Of a DNA stretch of 64,000 nucleotides, positions 40,330 to 52,264 are shown in pieces. Source of the DNA: Octopus sinensis (lineage: Eukaryota). Made by a program: the position numbers and the translations under genes. Every line of letters begins with the position of its first letter. Within the stretch, counting starts at the first letter, position 1. Under the pieces are notes generated by a model, which made no database searches, was not told the origin of the DNA, and worked only from the letters and a program-made list of their open reading frames with translations. The DNA lies in the NCBI RefSeq assembly GCF_006345805.1, contig NW_021836291.1, positions 418,654-482,653 of the forward strand. The letters are read 5' to 3'.

Positions 40330-41112
40330 ATCTTTAATAGTTTTTTTTAATTCAGCAAAATATTTCTAATAACGGTGTCGATTAGTTCCAACGAATTTAT
40401 ATCAAAATTTTCATTTTGATAAAAGAATGTCTTTATTCTTTTCAACATTTTCGAAGCCTCTTCTGAATTCACATGAGATTTGTCATTATGAGTATCTTCA
40501 TCGTCATATTTTTGTGAGAAAGAATCTCCAGCAATATTAAGGTAATCTTCAATTTCATCTATTTCGGTAAATTCATGATTAATAAATAATTCATGATTTC
40601 GGTAAATTCATGGTAATCCACCGGGTCCAATATTTTCAAGATATTTACCATTTGATCATAATTACCAATTTCAGTAGATCCTGATTCTCCATGTAAAGTC
40701 CTCAATTTTAAGTTGTTCCGTATCTTGAACTTGCTTAGCCATCCATTGCTGGCTTTAAACTTTTTAATTCCATAAATATTAGCAATGTTCTTTGCTTTCA
40801 ACAAAATTGAATTATCGTCCAGAAACCCCCTCTAAGCTCAATGTATTCCATCCAAGTTAATAGTTCGGTGTCAATAACAGAATAAGTTAAGTTAGATAAT
40901 CTCTTCTTATTGGAGAAAATAGGATCAGTAGACATTATTTTCTCTTTTCAAGTCTTAAATCGTTCACAGCACTTCGAGATATTTTATTCTTCAAAACAGA
41001 AGAAAAAATGTAAGCTATACGGTCCATCGTGAGACTTTTGTTCTCCTCCATGTACGCAATAATGCGACGTTTTTCATTAAAAGACAACCTTGTGCACTTA
41101 CGCATGTTGAAT
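40330..41112 (-). mobile_element. Tigger/pogo transposase remnant (CENP-B HTH domains, DDE deleted)
   Basis: RKCTRLSFNEKRRII..ISRSAV; FKASNGWLSKFKIRNNLKLRTLHGESGS. Confidence 0.85.
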
Positions 41113-41860
41113 TTAGCGTGGTTGAAATATTTTACTGTACCTAGCATAACTTTTCTCCAGGACCATCCGGATCGTGGGCACAGATAATTCTTGCGAGTCT
41201 TCTAGCCTTCCGTCAAGTTGTACTCTGTAACCTAGTTTTAATGCAAGAAGTGTTGTCTTTTCCAGCTGTTCGATAAGGTAGTTACTATCCTCAATACCGA
41301 ACAGGCCCTGTAACCATATGTGAGGACTGGTTGTACACACGTTCTGTACACGTAGATATACGTTTCCAGACCCCGATGTTACCTGGTTAGGCTTTTAAGG
41401 ATCCACTCGCACTCCTTTTCCTCTGAATTGCTACGTGATCGGCGTACGAGCCACGAAAGTTGCCAATTACTCCGAGATACAGTAAATTCACGATCTTGGA
41501 GAAATCCATAGCATAAGCGCACGACGGCACATAACGATTCCCTCTCCGCATCCATGAAATAGTGCTCTTCTCGGGTGCTATGGTCAAGCCATTGTCTGCT
41601 GTCCACTTCTTTAGCATGGCAATGTATGACTTGAGTCGTCTCCTCGACTGGGAAATCCTTTTTGAGGTATCAGTGAGAAGATATCATCAGCATATGAGAT
41701 GAGTTTGCCAGTATGTACGGACGACAAGGGAATGTCCGCCAGACCGAGGTTGAACAGAAGTGGACTTAAGACTGATCCCTTCGGGACGCTTCTTCTAAGT
41801 TCTACACACTCTGATAGGCAGTTACCCCAGCAAACAAAAGATTAACTTCCAGACAAGCCC
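41113..41860 (-). mobile_element. Degenerate LINE RT fragment
   Basis: SVPKGSVLSPLLFNL, LISYADDI, NGLTIAPEKS, YLGV. Confidence 0.8.
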
Positions 41861-41879
41861 TTCAGTCATCAATAGATCG

Positions 41880-42890
41880 TCATACCGACTCCAGTTTCAT
41901 GAACTCTGACAAGTAGGCGCAAGTTTTATCTTGACAAAATGTTGATCTAGCTACGTCCTCAGAGTGGTTATCTAATGGAAATAATGGCCCACGGAGTGAA
42001 GCATTGTACTGTCTCTTGCAGGATAGGAATTTGTTTTTCACATCCATGGGATCTTTATGCAGGCACTGCAAAAAATTCAAGAAAACAGTTGATCATTTGC
42101 CCACGCAGTGCGGGCAAATGTTGAACAGTGATTATCTGCGAAAACACAATGAAGTTGTGAAGTGCATTCATCTTCATTTGTGCCGACTCTATGGTATTAA
42201 AAGAGGAAGGAAAATAAAGACTCATTCTGTTCAGTCTATAATATCGACGCAGAATGTTGAAATCCTAATTGATACGTCAATTATGACAGAAACAAAAGTT
42301 CAATGGAATACACCATATATTTTCGTTTACGTCCAAATTAAACAAGAAATAACTTTAATAGATGTTGGCTTTACTTCACAAGACCGCCTCAAATAAGTCG
42401 AAATCGAGAAATTTTATAAATATGATCTGCTCGCAAACGAACTTTCGATACTTTATGATGCAAAGGTAAAGATTATCCCGGTTGTCTTGACGTGGGATGG
42501 CGTTGTTTCGAGATACACTTCAACCTCTCTATATTGTTACGAAAAAAAACCAAATATTTCATGGCAATATTCGCACGAGTATAACTTTGTACGCATTGCA
42601 GAAGTGGAATGCTGCCGTGACACGCCGGTGAAAGATATGAGACAAATAGAAAATTTATCTGAGGGGAGATGGAGAGTGAGGAGGAACTGGTTGCAAACTC
42701 TTCTCCTAAAAGGAGGAGAGAGATTTCCAATAATCGGGACTGAGAATCTAACAACAACAAAAAGAAGCCCTGCCGCAAGATGAGAACGGAATGTTAACAT
42801 CTCGCTTGGGCCAGCCACATAAGATCAAGACAGAGAACATGTTATTAGGAAACTAACTAATCCAAGGACTGAGAATCTAAATTAAGTTAA
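41880..42890 (+). mobile_element. R4-like RLE retrotransposon 3' portion (CCHC zinc knuckle + endonuclease)
   Basis: LQDRNLF, CRHCKK..TVDHL.TQC, RKHNEVVKCIH, HSVQ, ITLIDVG.TSQD, EK.YKYDLLANEL, IIPVVLTWDG. Confidence 0.88.
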
Positions 42891-43014
42891 ATTCTGTTAT
42901 TTTTTGTTAAATATGATTTTTGTTATTTAATTTTCAAACGTAATATTACAATTTAATTTATGTAATAGTTATTCATTAAAAGAGATAAAATATTAAATAG
43001 TAGAGCGTCTGTTA

Positions 43015-43591
43015 ATGTTGGTCATTATTTCACAAATTAAAAAGGGATTTTTCTTTTGAGGACGTAGAATTTGTGGGTGAAAGAGAACCAATAAGCATTG
43101 TCCCCAACTTCTCAATGAACAAATTGTCCTTGATCAGTGGAGAATTTGGCCCATTCGAGGCTGGTCTCCCAGTCGAAACTCCCTTCTGGGTGGCCATGTC
43201 TCTTAAACTTCGCCACAAATGCCAAATAGTCCTTCCAAGTTGGTTCTCAGTCGAGAGCTTCCGTCAAATAAAAGAAGCAGAAAGAGAATCACAGTTATTC
43301 AGTCGACTCCCTTCTCAACATTTCCGAGAAATGTCGTACAATCTAATTCGACACGTGGGGGAGGAGATTCCCCAGTTAGGACTACTCAAATCACTCCTCA
43401 TGGACATTGTCGATATTCGTACTTCTAAGTTAAGGACTTCAATCTTCACTTTTTTGAAGAATTTGGAGGCCACTCCCGACTTGGCTAACTTTGCCCGGAT
43501 TAACAATTTAACGTCCTTTGAGATTTCTCTTTTTCGCGGATATTTTTCTTCCTCTCTTGATTTTGTTTGTAGAATGCGCCATTCCATTTAA
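43015..43591 (+). CDS. GINS2: GINS complex subunit Psf2
   Basis: EDVEFVGERE.ISIVPNF, LISGEFGPF..GLPVETPFWVA..LK..KC.I..P.W, DI.DIRTSKLR, NNLT.FEI. The start is probably AT|G split by a 28-nt intron at 43017-43044. Confidence 0.92.
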
Positions 43592-43682
43592 TTTTTGTTT
43601 ATTTAATTTAAAATACATTTTTTTATAAATAATAGTTTGTAATTCACGTTGCGATTAAGTTGATTAGTGGCGCATATTGCTG

Positions 43683-44019
43683 ATGGCTAAAAGTGCAAAA
43701 AGCAAAAGAATGAGGAAGAATCGAAGCATAAAAAGACTAAAAAATAAAGAAAAGGAATTGACGAGGCTCAAGTCAGCAATTTCGAAGGACCCGCTGAATG
43801 GTAGATTCACAATGTCATATGAGTATAGATAGTGACTACAAGCCCAAATCTCTAAGTCGAATATTGTCGAATAAAATGGAAATTGATATGTCTCTGAGTG
43901 AAATTAAGGACAATCATATCGTCGAGAATTACCTACACGCAAAAGATGCCAGGAAACGCCGCAAGTTGTCTAAACGGATTGATGTCAACAAGAAGAGGCG
44001 AGGTAAATACAAGATTTAG
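43683..44019 (+). CDS. LLPH: LLP homolog (learning-associated protein family), two exons
   Basis: MAKSAKSKRMRKNRSIKR..KELTRLK N-terminus and a basic C-terminus; 28-nt intron at 43801-43828. Confidence 0.78.
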
Positions 44020-44299
44020 TCTTGTTTTTCTACAACTATAAATAATTCCCTTAAAATGTTTTTATTATTAAAAACAGTAAGTTTTTTACTTAATTCGATC
44101 AAAAATTAAATTAGTTTAATAGAAGAATTGTGTTATTACTCTTTTAATTCTTATGGGCAACTATTCCGTGGGTCTGATTCCCAATATATTCCTCCTTTGT
44201 ATTACAATAAAGAAGATGACTGTTCTGATGAGTCCATCAATACTTATTGCTTGCCTTCTTTTGAAATAAGGTGATTTCTTGGTCGTCCTAGTTTCATCT

Positions 44300-46570
44300 G
44301 TTTTTCATGGGTGTAATAAAATCAACACCAGGAAATGTGGCGTTTACTGTTCAATTTGTAATAAATTCTTTGCATATTGGCCATGCACATCCTACCAAAG
44401 CCGTAGTAAAATTACTTCCTCGTTGGAAGTGCCATTGTTGTATGGCTTTAATTGGAATCGCGGTCTTACAGCATAAAGCTTGTCGGATGGCACATAAGTC
44501 TCCATCGCATCATAAACCCAAAACAGATCATTATATTCCCAAAATCTCCAACTTACGGAAATCCAAGTAGATACTATTACGGGTCCCTAAACAGGCTCGG
44601 ATCTTTGCGGCAAACTGCTTGTGCGATATTATCACTCATACGCTAAGCTCTTGGTGAACCTTTATTGGATCCCTCTTCTCTCCTTTGCACCTTGTGTGCT
44701 TGGACTAGCAATTGAAGGTTCGCCGAGATTTTGGAACATCTCAAAAACAAACATCCGATCTCCCCAGATGACTTACGGAAGTTTTACATACGAGACAATG
44801 CTCAAATATTTTCAATTTCTGAGGATGAAATTGACGTCCTTTCAGCTCGGAAGAAATTTGTTTTTTCAGCCCGAATACCAGTGGCTGAATTGATGGTCTC
44901 CGGGCGAGGCATATGACATGAATTCTAGATTGACCATGGAAGCTTAAATCCGCTTGATAAAATGTATTGTCAAACTTGTCGAACGGATCGTCAATGCTGA
45001 GATCCCAGACTTGGCTAGTGATCTCCTTTTCAGTTTACATCTTATTGATTTCCAAAAAAATGATGGAGAAGTACGTCATAGTGCAGTCGGTAATGTCTTT
45101 CGGAGGTTCGCATTTAAAATTGCAGCTCGAAGAGTCTGTCGCCGTGTTGCTGCTGAATTATCTCCAGTTCAACTGGGAGTTGGTGTTTTTAACAGATGTG
45201 AAGCCGCTGTCCTCGCGACGGGGGATTTTTTCCTATGACACAAGGCATTTCCCGAATACCTGCGCAGTGAAGCTGGATATCTCAAACGCGTTCAACAGTC
45301 TGAGCAGGGACTGTATGTTGGAATTGGCGGCGTACACCTGAGATCATGAGTTTGGCTCATCTTGCTTATGGGTCTAAAAATTTGCTTTGACAAACACATT
45401 GTTCAGTCCTGACTTGAGTCCAACAAGGGACCCTCTCGCATCCTTACTATCTGTCAATTGACGAGGTTGCTTGTAACATCTTTCAATCTTTGGTACATCG
45501 ACGACGCCACTATCGGGGGGCCTGTTGATGTGGCATTTTATGAGTTATCTAAAATTGTTCCCACCCTGGCAAAAATGGGACTCAACACCAAAAAAAGCGA
45601 CATCATAATTATCTCAGTCCCAACACAAGAATTTGGTTTAGTAATAGAAAATATTTCGTAAATCTTGACAGGCACAAAACAAACACACCTCAATGATGTT
45701 TATTTCTTTGGGTGTCCTTTTAGGGAGTCCGAATTGCAAAACTACCTCCGAGCTAAGAGTGCTATTTTTCTAAACGTGTTTCTACTTTACTCACACAGGT
45801 CTTTTTTCCTCCTCAAAAATTTAAAAAAAAATTGCATTCTATCGATAATAGGTTAAGATTGTGTGCCGAGTCGATGCTAAGCATTCGTTTTGAGGTAGGA
45901 GACTCAATGTAAACTACCACTTAATTCTGGCTGAGCTAGGCTAAGATCTACCCTGGACCTTGCCCTACCGGCCTTTCTGTTCTTCCACTCATTTTGCCAA
46001 AACTTATCCTTGGAGATTCTACATAAATCTCCCGCATCTTTCTTGGAAAAGCCTTTTGAAGATGGACAAATTATGCGGAAGGATTCAGGATTAAAATTCT
46101 CACTCTAAAAGAGCTGGACAATTTACACAGTAACACTTGTAATAAAGCTCGATTATCATAGCCTCGCCTATTTACGATGTTATATTACGAGTTTTTGATT
46201 CTGCGGGCTTGCCCGTGGAGATGGTAAAAGACTAATGGGATAATCACCTTTCCTTACTCCATGGGAAATTGTTGGTTTGAGATTCAATGTGTGTTGACAC
46301 CTTTTCTCTTCGACTGTTTCTCTGAGTTCTGCAACAGATGCTGCAGAACAAAGAAAAATTCCAATCTATGCAAATCTTGGACAACGGTATTGCTTCATTC
46401 CTATTGCCGTAAAGACATCTAGGGTAATTGGCCATCTAACGACTTTATTCATCAAAGAAGTCGGAGGAAAAGACGCTATGCGACGTGGGAATTCCAAAAA
46501 ATCGGAATAGCTGGCATTAGCGGAAAACACACTCCATCATGCATGCAACCGCAAGTGCCTTTTAACAGTG
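44300..46570 (+). mobile_element. Degenerate CRE-like retrotransposon (RT + RLE)
   Basis: KNDGEVRHSAVGNVFRR, QLGVGV..CEAAV, VKLDISNAFNS, WYIDDATIGG; RLE remnants at 46.2-46.5 kb. Confidence 0.85.
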
Positions 46571-48243
46571 CCCTTTTTTCCTCAATAAAGATACGATTTA
46601 AAATAAACTTAAAAAGTCCTATGAATGACTTTTAAGCGGATCTTTAGCTTTTAAAAAATAAATTTTCTGATTTTAGTTATTGCCACGAGTAATTCCCCCG
46701 CCATTCGTAAATGATCATTTTCTTCTTTGCCAAACTAATTCACAATTAAAATAAACTATTTTGCTCTGCTAGGAATAGATCTGTGAACCATATGAATTGA
46801 CAGCTATTGCCAATTAACAGCCCGTAGGCATAATTTTGAGGTCGCTATTACTCTTTACCAAACGAAGTTATTTAAACAGGCCGGTTGCAAAAGACAGCGC
46901 AGCAAGGCACGACAAAATTCTTATGTGTTTGTTTAAGGATAACCTTCTGTCTTTGTTTGAGTTCTCGTTCTTGATTTTTCATAGTCCCTTCCGCTAACAA
47001 TACATCGAACCATGCTTTTGCTACGCTTGTGCTTCATGGGGGCCGCTTTTACCTTAGACAAAAAAGAAAAGAACGTGCAGATTAACCAAACGTTAGTCGT
47101 TCCGGGCCTCCTTCTCTAAAAGATCTGATTAATCGGAATTCTAAAATTCTGGAATATGTCGCTGCAAAACCGACTAGCCGTCCGGTGCGATCCTGGATGG
47201 GCTCGTGAGAAGATTTTAAAGAGAAGATGAGGTCGCTTGTGATGTATATCGAGATCAAGTAATTAATTTGTTTCGTTTTTACTGTGGTTATGGTGTTAAA
47301 AAAAGCCTTTTTAACTTGATCTCTTTGAAGGAACCTTTTCCCGCCACTTAGCAAGAAAAAACTACTTTTAACAGAGAAGCTTTTTTAATTGACATTGACA
47401 GATAAATAAATATTCTTTCTATTCCGTGGTATGCAATATGGTCATAAAAAATTTCACAACGTCGACGGTCATTCAACTGTTATTCTCTTTTATGCCAATG
47501 ATGTGTTGCTCTTCGATCTTTTGAAAGATCCTTCGATCCCCGAAACCGCATCTTAGTTTACATGGATATTATAAATAGTGCAGTAGTCGACTACATTTCT
47601 TCGGGGTAGTCGTTAGATTTTATAACATGCGCACATGCCGTTCAAAATACACTATTATCTGTTTGATTTCAAGCTTATTTGTTACTTTAGTTTCACCGTC
47701 GTACAAATTTCGGCAATAAAACATATTTCTCTAAAAATTAAGAAGACCATTTAGCTTCGTATTGGACTGCATAATGAACGTAGGACCTTTTTATTTGTCT
47801 ATATCACAGCCACCTTTCCATATTTATTATATTGACTTAAACCCCGGTATTTTGCTATCGCTGCAAGAAATCTTATCTAAATTAAAAAAATTGTCACTGC
47901 GCAAAAATTAACATTCAGAATTAACTTAGTGGATTAGAAAATCTTTTCTGCAAAGAAGAAATCCTGAAATCAATCAGAAAGGGTGGCAACTCAACTATTA
48001 TAGGGCAGAGGAAACTGGCTGTGGCCAATGGGCACCATCATTCACTAGTCTATTAGATTTGATGGCTAGAGTACATCCAGCATGATAAATAACTTGCTCC
48101 CTTCTTTAATTTATGGGCGTAGAGTAATGTCATCCGCATTGTCAAACAGACACAAATAGTATGAGATGGCACAACTTATTCTCAAAAAATAGTTTTGTTA
48201 GGAAAAATAAGCCAGGAATACAATCAAGTTAACAAAGACAGAG

Positions 48244-49694
48244 TCAGAAATCCCTGTTGCGATACTTATTAATATCGTAGTACGCGGTAACCACAACTCG
48301 ATCCATAAACTTACGACCAGACAAATGCAATTGAGCATTCTGACAAGCAGAGATTGACCCAAACTCAACAAAAATCTTGCCGATCCCAGGGACGTCAATA
48401 TCGTTCGTCGGACGAGGTACTTGCATTGACTTGACAACTCCATATTTCGAACACTCCTGTCTTATGTCATCGACAATCTCTGAAAATGTCAATACAAACC
48501 TGACCTTCATACTCGTCGTCACATGCAATGTCCTCAATGGTAACCATATTCATTAGACACAACACTTCAGTGGGCGGACCAGCATTCATGCTATGGTTAT
48601 ATCCCGGAAGTGCTATTTGTGACTGCAGGGCCACAGTCATTTGAGGCTTTGCCGCCACGGGCGCACGTTGGACTACTAATTTCTTCTCCCCGACCGTCAT
48701 TCCGTTCAGTCCAATACAAGCCTTGTCCACAGAAGTTGGATCCATGTACTCACAAAAGGAGTAACCCTTCGATATCCCGGTAGCCAAGTCGATGATCAGA
48801 TTAAAACTTTTAATTTCCCCGAAAGAAACTAAAAGTTCTTTAACCTTCGAAATAGATTACAAATAATTACCTGATCCTCAGTCAAATATGTGGGAAGGCC
48901 TCCAATGAAGAGCTTGTTGGCTGACTCAGGAGGCGCCTCAATTCCTACCACTCAATTTCCCTACTCAACCAAGAATTCCTTCTATTTCTGGCAGTCCGGT
49001 GTTCTGTAGGTAATCTCGTGGTCGACGTAGTTTGAGACATTGGCCTCTCAAAGTGATCCCATCAAAAGCCAAAGCCGCAGTGGTCTCTTCAGCAGATCTG
49101 AACTCGAGAAAGGCATAGTTTTTCTCAATATTGACTTGTACGGCAATAATTGGATTCCCCTCAGCCTGGTTGTATCCATTGACCTTCATTTGGTAATTGA
49201 AAGTCTCCATTAGCTCATCCTCGGTGGTCTTGAAAGGGATTCCTCCGACGTATATTCGCCGGGCCTGCCGACTCATGGTAGACCCCGACTGAGTGAGTGC
49301 GGGCATCATGGACGGACACCCAGGTGCATCCATGGGGACCTGTCCAGTCTCTATCAATATTGTTTATCGTCCAATTACGCTGCATGGCCTTATATTGGGA
49401 AGGAGTGACATGTTCATATCCCGGAGGAGCCACATCCCAATATTGATAAGGTCGCCGTCGGGGAGGAAGTGGTGATAGAGGACGAGGACTCGAACGAGAA
49501 TGACGGTGAGAAGAACGTTTATGCCGATCTCTGTGATCCCGGTCACGTTCTCTGTCTCGGTCGCGATCCCTGTCTCGATCACGCCCTCTTTCTCTCCCCC
49601 GATCTTTATCCCTTTCTCTTCGAGGGCTCCGAGATCGTCTCCCTTAATAATTGTCAAGGCAATATAATGAACTAAGTTCAACTTCAGACGGCAT
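48244..49694 (-). CDS. U2AF2: U2 snRNP auxiliary factor large subunit (U2AF65)
   Basis: RS/RD domain, YWDVAPPGYEHVTPSQYKAMQ, QARRIYVG, EKNYAFLEFRS, KLFIGGLP, TGISKGYSFCEY, and UHM PTEVLCLMNMV..GKIFVEF..GRKF. Confidence 0.96.
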
Positions 49695-49877
49695 CAACAA
49701 AAGACAGCAAAATGAAGTGTATTTTTAAAAAAATAATATGTATAAATATATTATTATTAAAAGTTTTATTTGATCAATTTTTCACTAATCATCGTAAAAT
49801 CTGTTAATCTTTAGACTTCTATCAATAAAAATACAAAACTTTATAGATAGTTTTTAAAGAATCTGAACTAAAAAAAT

Positions 49878-49958
49878 GCCAACATGGCCGAGTGGTTAAG
49901 GCGGTAGCTTCAGGTGCTATTACGGAAACGTGCGTGGGTTCGAATCCCACTGTTGGTA
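49878..49958 (+). tRNA. tRNA-Leu (anticodon CAG)
   Basis: Acceptor stem GCCAACA/TGTTGGT, D-arm TGGCCGAGTGGTTAAGGC, anticodon arm GTAGC-TTCAGGT-GCTAT, long variable arm, T-arm GTGGGTTCGAATCCCAC, then TTTT (Pol III terminator). Confidence 0.93.
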
Positions 49959-49999
49959 TTTTATCACCCTCATATCATTGTTTCATTTATTTCCAACAT

Positions 50000-50900
50000 C
50001 CTACCTATCATTATCTGCATTTTACTGTCCCTCATTCGAACATGGTCTAATTCTTTTGCAGTCAGCATTTTTCTTCCGATTTTTGCGTAGTCTATTTTTG
50101 AACAAGTTGAAAGTGATGTTCTTGGTTTTCCTTGAAATCCATTATTTCTTGTGCGAAAATAATACTTTTTGTTGCACGGTGTATTTAGACATAACCTAAA
50201 AATATGTAGTTAGCCGAGTTTTTTTGTGTGCCTCCATCATTTCTTGACTTAAACTGTTGATTTGAGTATAGTCAGTTTTCAGAATATTTATTTGCAGGTA
50301 CCATTTATTCTAAATATTTTGTGCTTTTAGTTAAATTTGATAAAATATTTCTTTGTTAGTAGATACAAATTCTACATCATTTGCATAGATTAGTGTGATT
50401 GTATCTTCGTATTTAGGGTCCATATAATCTCTCATCTGTCTACGACCCGTTTCGAGCTATATGATGAATAGAATTGGGTATAAAGAGTCTATTTGTGGAG
50501 TTCCCATATATTGGTGTTGAATCCCAGTGAATCCTTTGTTCTTATTTTTACGGATAAATCAGTTTCAGAAAACAATAGACTTATTAGTTTCAGACAGTTC
50601 TCGTCAAAGCAGTTATTGGCACATGCCATCCTCTTCATCATCCTTTTTACGAAATTCCTCTATCTCCCTCTTTATTTGGCCCTCTTGAAATTTTCGTCAA
50701 GATCTTCACCAGATTTTAAATTTATGTTTAATAAAAATAAAGTTTCTTTTAGCACTACTGGTAGGCAGTGTCTATGCCTTCTTCTGGATTTGGGAAACTC
50801 TTGTAGTTTTAAGTAGACTTCAAGACGATATTATACGGTGTTTTTTCATCCATCCTCGGATATGTTCAGAGGCCTCATCTGCCTTCCAGGATTTCAATGC
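50000..50900 (-). mobile_element. Very decayed LINE RT relic
   Basis: LYPILFIIYS and ITLIYANDV resemble RT domains 4 and 5. Confidence 0.35.
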
Positions 50901-51029
50901 TTATAATCCGCAAAATGCATATCTTATAATTGACTTTCATTGGATACTTTGTGTGGCCAATATACCAACGATTCTTTTTTACTTTTTTTAAAATTTATTT
51001 TTTAATGAAATGAAATCAGAAACTAGTAG

Positions 51030-51400
51030 AGCTACATCGGACCTGGGGGTCAGTCCGACAAAGACGTATTGCGGATCGAGAAGCAGTTCCCGCGTAGAAT
51101 AGGGACCGAGACGCGCTGGAAAAGCTAGCTCGCCTCCCTCCGGTCATGGGTCTTCAAAGCAATTTTATCGCCAAGCAGACGCAACAACTTCTCAGCTTTC
51201 TTACCGACCACGGCCGTGGTCTCAAAAGCAAGGGGGACAAACTCGTAAGCGCAGGAAAGAAGTACGCATTTCGACCTCTTCCTCTCCTCCGCAAGCGCGC
51301 AAGCCTATCCTGGAGAATATGCTGTCCAGGGCAACAGCGTCTCGGAAAAAAATCCACACAGGTCACGTCCCAAACAAGTGACCTACCTCCTCTGAATTTT
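51030..51400 (-). mobile_element. CRE-like RLE fragment
   Basis: GRSLVWDVTCVD; ERVSVPILRGNC. Confidence 0.75.
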
Positions 51401-51679
51401 ATGGAAAGAATCTAGAAACAGAATGATTTTTTGGTAAATCTCTAGGTACCGGCGTTGTATAGAAGCACTGGTAGCAAGGCATTATATATCCTTAGTCAAA
51501 GTTTTAGACTTATTTTTTAGCAGATCCAGATATTTATCAATCTTTTGAAATCGACGGCAGCTAACATTTTTGTGTAAGAGATATCTTCGGTATTTCCCAG
51601 TAGAGTTTCAAGGTTCTTTGTCTGCCTCCATCTTTCCTCTGTATAAGTGGTTTTCCTTTTAATGAAGGTAATTTTTGTT

Positions 51680-52120
51680 AATATCTGTTAATGGTCTGGG
51701 GATGTTTCTCATATAAAGGTGTGGGCAATCTCGTCATCATTAATCGAAAAATGAACGGTGCAAAATATAAACATTTTGTCAAATAATCTAAAACAATCAG
51801 GGTCGAAAATGGGGCTAAACTCTTTTATTTTTAGCAAGATAATTTCCCTTGCCATACTTCATGAGCAGTAACTGAATATACAAAAGATAGAAAATATACA
51901 ATTTATGATTGGGTCTCTCAATCACCTGACCTGAATCCAATGGAGCATGCTTGGGCGACGATGAAAAACAAATGATTGCAAAATTCACCAAAAATTTTAA
52001 AGATTTGGAAACAAAATTATTTCAAATATGGGAGGCACTACCAAAAAATACCTAGAAAATCTGGTTATGTCAATGAAAAAAGAAGTTTATGAGAGACGTG
52101 GGTGAATGTCTGTTTATTAA
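51680..52120 (+). mobile_element. Tc1-family transposase remnant
   Basis: MVWGCFSYKGVGNL, QDN.PCHTS, QSPDLNPMEHAW, with stops. Confidence 0.85.
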
Positions 52121-52264
52121 ATTTTAATTTGTTTTATTAAAATCAAAAAATTCAATTAATTATGTCCGGCAAAATTTAAATTTTGCGTAAAAATTCAATT
52201 TCAAACGGAAAAAAATAATTTTTAATATCAAACAAATAATTCGAATCTTGTCAAGAATTGTTTT

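Noticed and set aside
49878-49958. tRNA-Sec or opal suppressor reading (TCA within the loop)
   Set aside because: The 7-nt loop TTCAGGT centres on CAG, and the 7-bp acceptor stem and D-arm are those of an ordinary Leu tRNA.
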